Origin: an uncultured Candidatus Saccharibacteria bacterium
Lineage (GTDB): Bacteria; Patescibacteriota; Minisyncoccia; Phycocordibacterales; UBA5272
DNA: 64,000 nt
Direction of reading: 5' to 3'
Assembly: GCA_964517625.1 (NCBI GenBank)
Contig: CAZFBW010000002.1
Location: 25,893-89,892 of the forward strand
Part shown: piece after piece, positions 51,564 to 61,249 of the stretch
Numbering within the stretch: position 1 is the first letter of the stretch
Layout of the letters: every line of letters begins with the position of its first letter
Position numbers and translations under genes: made by a program
The notes under the pieces: generated by a model
What the model was told of the DNA's origin: nothing
The model's input: only the letters and a program-made list of their open reading frames with translations
Databases searched by the model: none

Positions 51564-52133
51564 ATGTCATTTTTGAAACCGGTACCCGCGTCAGTTCTCC
51601 ATAAATTTATCCTTAGTGGCTTTCTGGAATTTGGTCCGGTGATTATTTTTCTTACCGCATATGACCTTTTCCATATCTTTAAAGCGACAATGCTTCTCAT
51701 GATTGCAACGATTGTGACAACGGTTATTACATTTCGTTTGCAGAAACGATTGCCATATGCGGGTTTATATATTGCCTTTTTAACGCTTATGTTTGGATAT
51801 TTGACGCTTTGGCACCACAATCCTAATTTTATTCAATTGCGTGATACAGTCTATGATGCAATCAATGCAACGGTACTTATGGGGGGACTGCTTTTCAATA
51901 CGCTTTTGTTCAAACACGCATTTCATGATGTGGTGCCGATGACTGACCGTGCATGGCGCAAACTTACCTATGCTTGGGCAACGTTTTTCTTTTTGGTGGC
52001 CATTGCAAATGAGTACGTCCGACACATGTTTCCTTTTGATTATTGGATTGTTTTTAAAGCGTCGATGGCGGTTGTGACAACATTATTTGGCATCATTGTC
52101 TTTTTTGTTATATACGAAAAAAAGGAAGAGTAA
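51564..52133 (+). CDS. YciB/IspZ family inner membrane protein
   Basis: EFGPVIIF, FGYLTL...FIQ, W..LT..W..FF..AIANEYV...W..FK. Confidence 0.82.
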   Translation: MSFLKPVPASVLHKFILSGFLEFGPVIIFLTAYDLFHIFKATMLLMIATIVTTVITFRLQKRLPYAGLYIAFLTLMFGYLTLWHHNPNFIQLRDTVYDAINATVLMGGLLFNTLLFKHAFHDVVPMTDRAWRKLTYAWATFFFLVAIANEYVRHMFPFDYWIVFKASMAVVTTLFGIIVFFVIYEKKEE

Positions 52134-52200
52134 ATGCAGGTGTAAAAAATAAGAAAAACAAAACCGGAGGGGGTCCTCCGGCAGGGGTTGGGGGTGTGTT

Positions 52201-52410
52201 TTATTTTTTGAGAAGATTGCGAATCTCGGTAACCTGTTTCAGGGCATCGAGAAACGCTTTTTCGTCTCGATTGTTTGCGACCGCCCCATTACGGAGAGCA
52301 TTTGCTCGGTCCGCGTCATGGATGAGCATTTCCTGGAAGTGAACATCTCCCAAAGATGCCTCTAGTTTTCGTTTCAGGTCTTCCGTCGTCTCTTTGACAG
52401 GAAAGTTCAT
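52201..52410 (-). CDS. small hypothetical protein
   Basis: AAAGGAGG SD; upstream TTGCAA-17-TATACT promoter. Confidence 0.6.
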   Translation of the reverse strand: MNFPVKETTEDLKRKLEASLGDVHFQEMLIHDADRANALRNGAVANNRDEKAFLDALKQVTEIRNLLKK

Positions 52411-52571
52411 GTTCGCCTCCTTTCTGGCTTAGATGGGGCTTAAAATCAAACCTAAAAGCAAGTATATCATAAAACAATATATTTTGCAAGTTGTCAATTA
52501 AAAGCCTTAACGTAGGGGGAAACTAAAAAGGCACCACCTGCAGTGGGTGGTGCCTTGGATGTCGCTGTGAA

Positions 52572-52874
52572 TTAGGATTCTCCCGCTTTTTTGGGGGGCC
52601 CCATCATCTGGTAGATGGTACTGAATTGTGCTTGAAGTTCTACACGTATCGATATTTGGTCTACAGGAAGAGCGTATTTGGGAACACTTTCTTCTTTCAT
52701 TCCAATTAAGTTATATAAGCGACCACTCTCTTCGCAATTACTGCACCTGAAGACCATTACTATGGGTTTGTTTCCTCCGCGGATGACCATCCCGCATTCA
52801 ATTCCACGCGTATCTTCAAGTTTTATGCTCGGTGTCATGAAGCAATCACCGGTTTCCCATTTGATTTGTGCCAT
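52572..52874 (-). CDS. hypothetical protein
   Basis: AGAGGTG SD before ATG 52874; one CxxC. Confidence 0.55.
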   Translation of the reverse strand: MAQIKWETGDCFMTPSIKLEDTRGIECGMVIRGGNKPIVMVFRCSNCEESGRLYNLIGMKEESVPKYALPVDQISIRVELQAQFSTIYQMMGPPKKAGES

Positions 52875-52941
52875 GTTATGAGCACCTCTTGGTGTGGTTG
52901 TGAACTTACACACATAACACTATAAGCAACAAAAGTTTTTG

Positions 52942-53733
52942 TCAATTCAAGGCCTCAATGTAGGGGGAAAGGAGAAACCCGAGAGTGATAATAGCAAGGG
53001 CGATGCGATAGTATCCAAAAACAGAAAACGAGCGCGTGCGAATATAATTTAAAAATACTTTAATGACAACAAGCGCGACAACAAAAGCGGTCACGGTACC
53101 AACAAGGAGGGGGGAGAGATTAGAAACCTGGGTGATTGTTTCAGGGTGTTTGTACATACTGTATGCAGTCGCACTTACCATTGTGGGCACCGCGAGGAGG
53201 AAGGTAAATTCTGTGAGCACGGTTCTGTCTAAACGCATGAACATTCCACCCATAATCATCGCACCTGACCTCGATACCCCAGGAATGATGGCAAGTGTTT
53301 GAAAGATACCAAGGAGAAAGGCTTCTTTATAGCCAATGTGCGAGGTGATACCCACTTCATGTGTTTTTTTCTTGTACCAGTGTTCGGCATAAAGAATGAT
53401 GATACCGCCGACAAAAAGTGTGGCAACAACGATAAATGGATTTTCCAAGAGTGTGCGGATATATTTAAAAACTAAAAGTCCAACTATACCCGTTGGAATA
53501 AATCCAATGATAAGCTTTTTAATGAGCGCGATATTTGAAAGACTTTTGAAATAAAAAGCAATAACGGCACAAATTGCTCCGACCTGGATAGCAATATCAA
53601 ATGTTGCCAAGAATGCCGATTGCTCAATGGCGAGAACTTGTTGTGTAAGGATGAGGTGGCCCGTGGAGGAAATTGGTAAAAACTCAGTAAGGCCTTCAAC
53701 GATACCGAGGATAAGCGCTTGTGTGATACTCAT
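52942..53733 (-). CDS. uppP: undecaprenyl-diphosphate phosphatase
   Basis: LGIVEGLTEFLPISSTGHL, PGVSRSG, F..YR. Confidence 0.96.
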   Translation of the reverse strand: MSITQALILGIVEGLTEFLPISSTGHLILTQQVLAIEQSAFLATFDIAIQVGAICAVIAFYFKSLSNIALIKKLIIGFIPTGIVGLLVFKYIRTLLENPFIVVATLFVGGIIILYAEHWYKKKTHEVGITSHIGYKEAFLLGIFQTLAIIPGVSRSGAMIMGGMFMRLDRTVLTEFTFLLAVPTMVSATAYSMYKHPETITQVSNLSPLLVGTVTAFVVALVVIKVFLNYIRTRSFSVFGYYRIALAIITLGFLLSPYIEALN

Positions 53734-53820
53734 AGGTACGATTGTAACACAAAGAGGGGTGGTTTTTCTGTTTTATTTCACAGCCATTTTTAAAAGTAGC
53801 ATGATACACTTTATACATCT

Positions 53821-56052
53821 ATGCGGTTGTCTCATATTACTATTTCTGGCTTTAAGTCGTTCGCAAAAAAGACGACAATTGATGTTACCCATCAGGTAAC
53901 TGGTGTTGTTGGTCCAAATGGGTCTGGAAAATCAAATGTGGCAGAAGCAATTCGTTTCGTACTTGGTGAGCAATCAATGAAAAGTATGCGTGGGAAGCTC
54001 GGCGCCGATTTAATTTTTAAAGGTTCGGAGCATTTGAGTCCGCTTTCTCGTGCGTCGGTAACGATGGTGATTGATAATCGCGATAAAGTTGATATCACCC
54101 ACGCAAGCCAGGAACTCGCACCGTATCTTATTTATGATCAATTGACACTTTCTCGTGTTATCTATGCTGACGGGACGAGCGATTACACACTAAATGACGC
54201 AAAGGTGCGTTTGAAAGATGTGCAAGAGCTTCTCGCGTTTGCAGGGATAGGTGGTTCGGCACACACCATCATCAATCAAGGCGAGGCCGACAAGATTCTA
54301 CTTGCATCACCCCGTGAAAGAAAAGAAGCAATTGAAGACGCGCTCGGGTTACGCGTATTTCATATTCGATTAAACGAAAGTGCGCGCAAGTTAGAAAAAG
54401 TAAAAGCGCATGTGCATGAAGTGGAATTGCTCCGCAAAGAAATTGCTCCGCACTTGCTTCACCTGAAGCGTCAGGTAGATAAACTTGAATCAAAAGAAAA
54501 AGAACGACAATTGCTTCACAAATTACTCATGGCGTATTTTGTCCGCGAGGAGCGTGAGCTTGCAATTTTGAATGAAAAAATTCGTGAGGCGGGAACGTCT
54601 CAATCACTTCTTCTTATTACAGAATCGATTCATAAAGAACTTCGTGCGCTCAAAGAAGAAAAACAAGACACATTCGGTGAATCTTCACACGAAAAACACA
54701 CACTTCAAGCTGAATTAAAGTCGCTTCATGAACGCCGAGACCAAGTGACAAAAACGCTTGGACGTCTTGAAGCAGAGAAATCATATTTGCAAAAAGAACT
54801 TGATAGAGAAGAAGCATCCGTTGATGTCATTGTTTCTCACGACGAATTTATGAAGACAAAACATGGACTTCACGAATTATTTGAAGCGCTTCACAAAGCC
54901 ATTCATGAAGGAACCATTGAACAGGTGAAAGAAGCTTTTCATCGGGCAAAAGAATCCCTCACTTCATTTTTTGATTCTCATGGAAATAGTAATCAAGGTG
55001 CGAAGAAAGAGAGTATCAAGCAAAAACTTGAAGAAACAAACGCCGAGATACAAGAATATGAGCACAAGGAAAAGGAGATGACTGGTGGTATTGTTATCTT
55101 TGAACAAAAACTAGAAGCCATTAATACAGAAGCAACGAGCGCCATTCATTCGCGTTTTGAGGAGGAGAAGAAAAAAGTTGTATTGGAAAGTAAGATTCGT
55201 GAATTGGAAAGCACAATTGCTCTTCGTAAACAGGAAGAAGGCGAGGTATCATCGCGTAAGGAGCGTTTTGATGCCCTGTTGGAAGAAGGTGCTGTGGTTG
55301 TTGGGCGCGAAGTGCTTGGATACAGAGAAGCGACACCGGAGGAAACGTATATGACGATGGAAAAGCAGGCCTTGATGAGGGCAATTGAGCGCTCAAAACT
55401 TCGTATTGAAGAAGCGGGGATTCCAAATGCGTCTGAGGTGATTTCGGAATATAAATCAACCAAAGAGCGCGAGGAATATTTAAGCAAAGAACTTGCCGAC
55501 ATTCGCCAAACGGAAACAAAGCTTCTTGAACTCATCAAAGAATTAGAGACATCGCTTGAGGAGCGATTTAGTAGTGGAATTAAACAAATCTCGGAAATCT
55601 TCACCGACTTTTTTGCTGAAGTATTTCCAAATGGAAAAGGACGTCTCATGCTTATCAATATGACGCGCACCGACGAAGACGGAAACACCATCACCGACCA
55701 AGGGGTTGATATTGATGTTAATCTCCCACACAAAAAAGTAAAAGAGATACAAATGTTCTCAGGTGGCGAACGCGCGCTCACTTCAATTGCACTTCTGTTT
55801 GCGATGTCATCGCTTACACCTCCGCCATTTATGGTGCTTGATGAAACAGATGCTCCACTTGATGAAATGAATGCACGCAAGTATGGTTCGATGTTAAGTC
55901 GGCTCGCCACAAAAAGTAAATTGCTCATCATTACACACAATCGAGAGACAATGAATCATTGTGACATGCTTTATGGAGTGACGATTGGTGTTGATGGCTC
56001 GAGCCGACTTCTTTCAATTAACTTCAAAGAAGCTGAAGGGTTTGCGAGGTAA
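53821..56052 (+). CDS. smc: short SMC-family chromosome segregation ATPase (743 aa)
   Basis: GFKSFA, GPNGSGKSNV, FSGGERAL, LDE.DAPLDE, ITHN; no recognisable hinge. Confidence 0.88.
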   Translation: MRLSHITISGFKSFAKKTTIDVTHQVTGVVGPNGSGKSNVAEAIRFVLGEQSMKSMRGKLGADLIFKGSEHLSPLSRASVTMVIDNRDKVDITHASQELAPYLIYDQLTLSRVIYADGTSDYTLNDAKVRLKDVQELLAFAGIGGSAHTIINQGEADKILLASPRERKEAIEDALGLRVFHIRLNESARKLEKVKAHVHEVELLRKEIAPHLLHLKRQVDKLESKEKERQLLHKLLMAYFVREERELAILNEKIREAGTSQSLLLITESIHKELRALKEEKQDTFGESSHEKHTLQAELKSLHERRDQVTKTLGRLEAEKSYLQKELDREEASVDVIVSHDEFMKTKHGLHELFEALHKAIHEGTIEQVKEAFHRAKESLTSFFDSHGNSNQGAKKESIKQKLEETNAEIQEYEHKEKEMTGGIVIFEQKLEAINTEATSAIHSRFEEEKKKVVLESKIRELESTIALRKQEEGEVSSRKERFDALLEEGAVVVGREVLGYREATPEETYMTMEKQALMRAIERSKLRIEEAGIPNASEVISEYKSTKEREEYLSKELADIRQTETKLLELIKELETSLEERFSSGIKQISEIFTDFFAEVFPNGKGRLMLINMTRTDEDGNTITDQGVDIDVNLPHKKVKEIQMFSGGERALTSIALLFAMSSLTPPPFMVLDETDAPLDEMNARKYGSMLSRLATKSKLLIITHNRETMNHCDMLYGVTIGVDGSSRLLSINFKEAEGFAR

Positions 56053-56080
56053 AACAGGTTTTGTGGTATAGTAATTGGAT

Positions 56081-58021
56081 ATGCAGAGGCTTTATACAGG
56101 TGTTATCAGTTTAAATTCCAAGAAAGATGGGTATGTGCGCGTGCACGACCTTGAAAAAGAAGGGGCAATTTTCGTTGACCACAGCCACTTAAATACAGCG
56201 CTTCACCACGACTCGGTTGAGGTTGAACTTCTCGGGAAAAAGAAAAACGCTAAAGGTGAGGACGAACTCTATGGAATCATTGTACGTGTCATTGAACGAG
56301 GGAAGAAAGGGTATGCCGGCATTTTAGAAGAAGACCACGGCATGTACTTTTTGGTGCCTGATGATAGACGAATGTATACGGATATCGTCATTGACCATGA
56401 GAAACTAGACGGCGCAAAGGTTGGTGAAAAAATTATTGCATCCATCGATGATTGGAGTGATCACAAAAAGTCTCCAAGAGGAAGTGTGGTAAAAGTTTTG
56501 GGTCAGCCTGGTGAAAATAATGCAGAAATGCTTGCGTACGCGTATGAACGTGGTTTTAGTGATGAGCATAACGATGCAGTCGTTGAAGAAGCACAACAGA
56601 TAAAATTGCGTGGTATTAGCGAAGAAGAAAAAGCAGGCAGGCGCGATTTTAGAAACATTTCAACATTTACGATTGACCCAGCGGATGCAAAAGATTTTGA
56701 TGACGCAATCTCATTTAAGAAATTAGAGAACGGTCACTATGAAGTTGGTATTCATATTGCCGATGTGTCGCACTATGTGCGCCCGGGGATGCATTTGGAT
56801 GAAGAGGGAATCGCACGCGAGACTTCGGTGTACTTGGTAGACCGCTGTATCCCAATGCTTCCAGAAGTTCTCTCGAATGATTTATGTTCCTTGGTGCAAG
56901 GAGAAGATCGTCTTGTGATGAGTGCAGTGTTTGAATTGGACGACGAAGGCACAATTCACGCGGAGTGGTTTGGAAAAGCGGTGATTAACTCCCATCGCAG
57001 ATATACCTATGAAGACGCTCAAAAGGCGATTGATACGGGAAGTGGAGATTTTGCACAAGAACTTATTATTTTAAACAACATTGCGAAAAAATTAACTCAA
57101 GCACGTTTTAAAAACGGCGCACTCTCACTTGAAACTGATGAAGTTAAATTTAAATTAGATGAAAAAGGAGTTCCTGTTGATGTGTATGTGAAAGAACGCA
57201 TCGATACGAACAAGTTGATTGAAGAGTACATGCTCATGGCCAACAAACAGGTGAGTAAATTTATTACGCTAAAGCAAGAGGAGACACAAGGTGAAGGAAA
57301 TAGTATTTGTATTTACCGTGTGCACGACAAACCAGACGCTGACCGCATGCATGACCTTGATTTGTATATTCGCGGACTCGGATTTTCTGTGCGATTTATG
57401 GATGGACTCATTCCTTCGCAAGATTTGAATGATTTGTTAAAGAAAATGGGTGATAGACCAGAGAAAGCTCTTCTTCAGGTACACATCACACGTTCAATGG
57501 CGAAAGCAATATATAGTACGAGAAATATTGGCCACTATGGTTTGGCGTTTGATTATTATTCGCACTTTACATCGCCAATTCGTCGCTACCCGGATGTACT
57601 CACACACCGTTTACTTGAACGTGTGCTTAAAAAAGATTTTCCAAAAGCGGAAGAGCGCGGATGGTATGAAAGTTTGTGTATGCAGGCGTCTCGCCGAGAA
57701 AAAGAAGCGGCGGACGCTGAGCGTGGAAGTATTAAGTACAAGCAAGTGGAATATATGTCGATGCGCATTGGGCAGGAATTTGATGGCATGGTCTCCGGTG
57801 TGTCTGAATGGGGAATTTACGTTGAGGAAAAGAAAAGTAAATGCGAAGGCATGGTAAAGCTTCGTGATTTAGGGGACGACTTTTTCAACTACGATCCGCG
57901 GGGTAGTCGCGTTATCGGCGAGAGAACAGGGGTTGAGTACAAAATTGGAACACCGGTAAAAATCAAGGTAAAGCAGGCGAATTTGGATTTGCGTATTATT
58001 GATTACACACTCATTGCCTAG
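56081..58021 (+). CDS. rnr: ribonuclease R
   Basis: FTIDPADAKDFDDAIS, HIADVSHYV, HFTSPIRRYPD, C-terminal S1 domain. Confidence 0.95.
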   Translation: MQRLYTGVISLNSKKDGYVRVHDLEKEGAIFVDHSHLNTALHHDSVEVELLGKKKNAKGEDELYGIIVRVIERGKKGYAGILEEDHGMYFLVPDDRRMYTDIVIDHEKLDGAKVGEKIIASIDDWSDHKKSPRGSVVKVLGQPGENNAEMLAYAYERGFSDEHNDAVVEEAQQIKLRGISEEEKAGRRDFRNISTFTIDPADAKDFDDAISFKKLENGHYEVGIHIADVSHYVRPGMHLDEEGIARETSVYLVDRCIPMLPEVLSNDLCSLVQGEDRLVMSAVFELDDEGTIHAEWFGKAVINSHRRYTYEDAQKAIDTGSGDFAQELIILNNIAKKLTQARFKNGALSLETDEVKFKLDEKGVPVDVYVKERIDTNKLIEEYMLMANKQVSKFITLKQEETQGEGNSICIYRVHDKPDADRMHDLDLYIRGLGFSVRFMDGLIPSQDLNDLLKKMGDRPEKALLQVHITRSMAKAIYSTRNIGHYGLAFDYYSHFTSPIRRYPDVLTHRLLERVLKKDFPKAEERGWYESLCMQASRREKEAADAERGSIKYKQVEYMSMRIGQEFDGMVSGVSEWGIYVEEKKSKCEGMVKLRDLGDDFFNYDPRGSRVIGERTGVEYKIGTPVKIKVKQANLDLRIIDYTLIA

Positions 58022-58108
58022 TTTTCACAAAATACTGTTGAAATATAGGCATACTTTCGATTGGTGAAGGACTTCCTTTTTTTATAAAAGTATGTTAGAA
58101 TTGGGGAC

Positions 58109-58411
58109 ATGTTAAAAATCAGATTACAGCGCGTAGGACGCAAAAATGACCCGCATTTCAGACTTATTTGTACTGAAAGCACTCTTAAGCCGAAAACTTC
58201 ACAGTTTGCGGAGATTCTTGGAACCTATAATGTGAAAGCTGGCCTCTTTGAAGTTAAGGCTCCACGTGTGAAGCATTGGATAAGTGTTGGTGCACAAGTT
58301 TCTCCAACGGTACACAATCTCCTCGTTACGAAAGGTGTTCTTTCGGGTAAGAAAATAAACGTTCTTCCAAAGAAGTCTCCTCAGAAGAAAGAAGAAGCGA
58401 AGAAGGCATAA
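58109..58411 (+). CDS. rpsP: 30S ribosomal protein S16
   Basis: MLKIRLQRVGRK, LGTYN, W...GAQ.S.TV. Confidence 0.96.
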   Translation: MLKIRLQRVGRKNDPHFRLICTESTLKPKTSQFAEILGTYNVKAGLFEVKAPRVKHWISVGAQVSPTVHNLLVTKGVLSGKKINVLPKKSPQKKEEAKKA

Positions 58412-58495
58412 TACCGAGGACTAGAAAAATTCTGTGCATAAGTGCAAGGTGTAGTTTTCATTTTACTGATACGATAAGAGTACACACATAATGAT

Positions 58496-58819
58496 ATGAA
58501 AGACCAAGAATTTGTTGAGTACGTGGTTAAAGCATTAGTAGATAATCCGGACAAAGTGCATGTCGATAGGCGAGTTGATGAAATGGGGGTTCTCATCACT
58601 CTTGATGTTGCAGGGGAGGATATGGGCAAAATCATCGGTCGTGATGGTGCAACTGCCAAAGCGCTCCGCACCCTCCTTCGTGTTGTGGGTATGAAGAACA
58701 ACGCGCGCGTGAATTTAAAAATAAATGAACCAGAAGGACGGGAAGCTTTTCGTCCACGTCATCAGACATATGATATGACCGATGTTGATGCAGTGATGAA
58801 TGATTTGAAGGGGATATAG
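58496..58819 (+). CDS. khpA: KH-domain RNA-binding protein KhpA
   Basis: ALVDNP, DMGKIIGRDGATAKALRTLL; follows rpsP. Confidence 0.92.
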   Translation: MKDQEFVEYVVKALVDNPDKVHVDRRVDEMGVLITLDVAGEDMGKIIGRDGATAKALRTLLRVVGMKNNARVNLKINEPEGREAFRPRHQTYDMTDVDAVMNDLKGI

Positions 58820-58850
58820 GCACAGACTTTAGACAACAGATAAAAGACAA

Positions 58851-58876
58851 AAAAAGCGCGCCGTAGGCGCGCTTTT
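58851..58876. terminator. bidirectional terminator
   Basis: AAAAAGCGCGCC-GTA-GGCGCGCTTTT. Confidence 0.7.
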
Positions 58877-58879
58877 GAA

Positions 58880-59266
58880 TCAAGATTGTGTTTTTTTGAA
58901 AATCGGAATGAACGGCTTCCACCCGTGTTGCAAGCGCCGTCCCTCCTCAATCAAAAACAAACAGATGATGATGTACAAGAAGGATAAGCCATACATGTGT
59001 AATATTTGTAGCAGGTGCATACCAACTAATGCGGGGGGTATTGCTAGAAATTTACTAGAAAGAGAATCAAGATTAGAACGGTTCTCTTTTACCCACTCAG
59101 GGTCTCTTAGCTTGCTTCTTAATTTAACGTAAGAGATTATAAGGTAAAGGATTATCATTCCGTCCACGATGTATTCTGTTGCGTCAAATGTGAGTGTACG
59201 TCCGTAGAAAAAACCAGCAATGAATGAAAGAACAACAAAAATATGAGTAAGGGTATCTTTCGACAT
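58880..59266 (-). CDS. hypothetical 4-TM membrane protein
   Basis: AAGGAG SD; hydrophobic segments; TTGACA upstream near 59330-59335. Confidence 0.6.
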   Translation of the reverse strand: MSKDTLTHIFVVLSFIAGFFYGRTLTFDATEYIVDGMIILYLIISYVKLRSKLRDPEWVKENRSNLDSLSSKFLAIPPALVGMHLLQILHMYGLSFLYIIICLFLIEEGRRLQHGWKPFIPIFKKTQS

Positions 59267-59375
59267 CCGTCTCTCCTTAGTGAACCTTGGAAAAGGGCCG
59301 TTTTACACACTACTTATTTTTATTTGTATTGTCAATAAATGAAACGTGCGCTCCAGGAGGAGCGCACGTGACCAA

Positions 59376-59546
59376 CTACTTGTAGAGTCTTGCTTCTGGG
59401 ACGATGAAGAAGGTGGCGACCGCGGCGATGAACACCATGCCGACGATCCAACCCCTGTCATCTTGATTTTTCGAAAACGCAAGGGCGAAGCCGATGAGTC
59501 CAACTGCACCCCACATGACACACAGCAAAATGATGATGTCACGCAT
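59376..59546 (-). CDS. small 2-TM hypothetical protein
   Basis: GAGGAG SD before ATG 59546; two hydrophobic helices. Confidence 0.55.
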   Translation of the reverse strand: MRDIIILLCVMWGAVGLIGFALAFSKNQDDRGWIVGMVFIAAVATFFIVPEARLYK

Positions 59547-59644
59547 ACCTGTATCTCCTCGGGTAGAAATTAAAAATCCCCACACAAAACACGTAAGGAA
59601 CCCACTTGTTATTATATACTATTTTTGGTATACTGTCAAGATAT

Positions 59645-60316
59645 ATGCGATTTCATGTGGTAACCATTTTCCCAAATATGTTCGATTCATACTTTGCTGA
59701 GTCGATTATTTCGCGCGCCATTAAAAATAAATTAATTGAAATCAAAACGTATTCGCTTCGTGAGTATACAAAGGACAAACACAGACGCGTTGACGGTAAG
59801 CCATACGGTGGAGGACCGGGCATGGTTATGTGGGTGGACCCGCTTATTCGAGTTGTGGATTCAATTCAAAAACAGTGCGCACGCAAAAAATCTGCGAAAA
59901 TAAAAGTAATTATTTTTTCTCCGGGTGGAAAACAATTTACGAACACTGTCGCAACACAGGTAGAAGAAAAGTATACGGATATTGTTTTCATTTGTGGTCG
60001 TTATGAAGGAATTGACGCGCGTGTAAAAAAGATTTTGAAAGCGGAAGAGTGGAGTATTGGTCCATATGTACTTACAGGAGGGGAATTGCCTGCGATGATT
60101 GCAATTGATGCGATATCACGTCGTGTTAAAGGAGTGCTTCATGACGAAGATTCGCTTGAGGAAAAACGTGTAGCAAGTCATGAAATGTACGCGCGCCCAG
60201 AAGTGTATGAGTACAAAGGTAAAAAATATCGTGTACCAAAAGTGCTTTTGTCTGGAAACCACAAATTGATTGAAGAGTATCGTAAAAAGAAAGAAAACAC
60301 TGTCGGGAAAAAGTAG
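59645..60316 (+). CDS. trmD: tRNA (guanine37-N1)-methyltransferase
   Basis: VTIFP.MF, VD..PYGGGPGMVM, CGRYEGIDAR, SIG.YVLTGGELPA, VP.VLLSGNH. Confidence 0.97.
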   Translation: MRFHVVTIFPNMFDSYFAESIISRAIKNKLIEIKTYSLREYTKDKHRRVDGKPYGGGPGMVMWVDPLIRVVDSIQKQCARKKSAKIKVIIFSPGGKQFTNTVATQVEEKYTDIVFICGRYEGIDARVKKILKAEEWSIGPYVLTGGELPAMIAIDAISRRVKGVLHDEDSLEEKRVASHEMYARPEVYEYKGKKYRVPKVLLSGNHKLIEEYRKKKENTVGKK

Positions 60317-60318
60317 GT

Positions 60319-60531
60319 ATGTACATCAAAATAAAAGTCGTACCTGATGCGCGGGAGGAAAAAGTTGAGAAGCTAAAAGATGACGAATTTCGTATTTGGG
60401 TGAAGCTTCCAGCAGAAAATAATGTTGCGAACAACAGGGTTTTAGAGATTGTTCGTGGGATGTATCCAAACAAGGGAGTGCGCATCATAAGTGGCCATTA
60501 CAGCCCCTCAAAAATAATTTCTATCGGCTAG
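60319..60531 (+). CDS. DUF167 (YggU) family protein
   Basis: KVVPDA...V.PAENN.AN...IISG..S..K. Confidence 0.85.
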   Translation: MYIKIKVVPDAREEKVEKLKDDEFRIWVKLPAENNVANNRVLEIVRGMYPNKGVRIISGHYSPSKIISIG

Positions 60532-60618
60532 CGATTACTTACCAAGACAAGGTAACCCCATATCTTTTATATAGATAAGTATAGTTATATATTGTACATA
60601 ATGTAGTATACTTACAGT

Positions 60619-61206
60619 ATGATAGAAAGAAGTATTTTAGAAGATTTATATTACAAAGAGAAAAAATCAATGAAAGAGGTTGCAGATATTTTGCAATGCT
60701 CAGTACATAAAGTTTCGTATTGGATGGGGTATCACAATTTTGGTAGGAGATCTATTTCCGAAGGGGTATATATAAAAAACAATCCATACGGAGACCCTTT
60801 TATGTTTAGGCCACCATCCACAAAAAGCGAAGCGGTTCTTTATGGTGTGGGACTTGGACTTTATTGGGGGGAGGGTACAAAGGCAAATAAACACTCTATT
60901 CGTTTGGGAAATACGGATCCAAAACTTATTAAAAAATTTGTTCTTTTTCTTGAAACTTTTTTTGCAATAAGGAAAACTGAGATGCGATTTGGTCTCCAAA
61001 TTTTTAGCACCATGTCTGGTAGGGTAGCAACAGCTTTCTGGGCTAATGAATTAGGTGTTAGTCATAAGCAGTTTATGAAAACAGTTATTACGCCGGCGCG
61101 TAATTTAGGGACATATCATAAAAAAATAAAACACGGCGTTTTAACTGTCTATTTTCATAATAAAAAAGCACGAGATATATTGGTAAAAGAGATTGAAAAA
61201 CTTTGA
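60619..61206 (+). CDS. N-terminal HTH + single LAGLIDADG-like domain protein (putative free-standing homing endonuclease)
   Basis: LEDLY...SMKEVA..LQCS..KVSYW HTH; helix LYGVGLGLYWGEGT followed by IRLGNTDPKLIKKF..FL; visibly AT-rich. Confidence 0.65.
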   Translation: MIERSILEDLYYKEKKSMKEVADILQCSVHKVSYWMGYHNFGRRSISEGVYIKNNPYGDPFMFRPPSTKSEAVLYGVGLGLYWGEGTKANKHSIRLGNTDPKLIKKFVLFLETFFAIRKTEMRFGLQIFSTMSGRVATAFWANELGVSHKQFMKTVITPARNLGTYHKKIKHGVLTVYFHNKKARDILVKEIEKL

Positions 61207-61249
61207 AAAATAAGATAGAATTGTAATCACTTGTTAAAGCAAGAAACAA

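Noticed and set aside
55146-55940. Long antisense ORFs (264 aa here; also 28401-29165, 12487-13086, 49174-49716)
   Set aside because: Shadows of well-supported sense genes, with no motifs or expression signals
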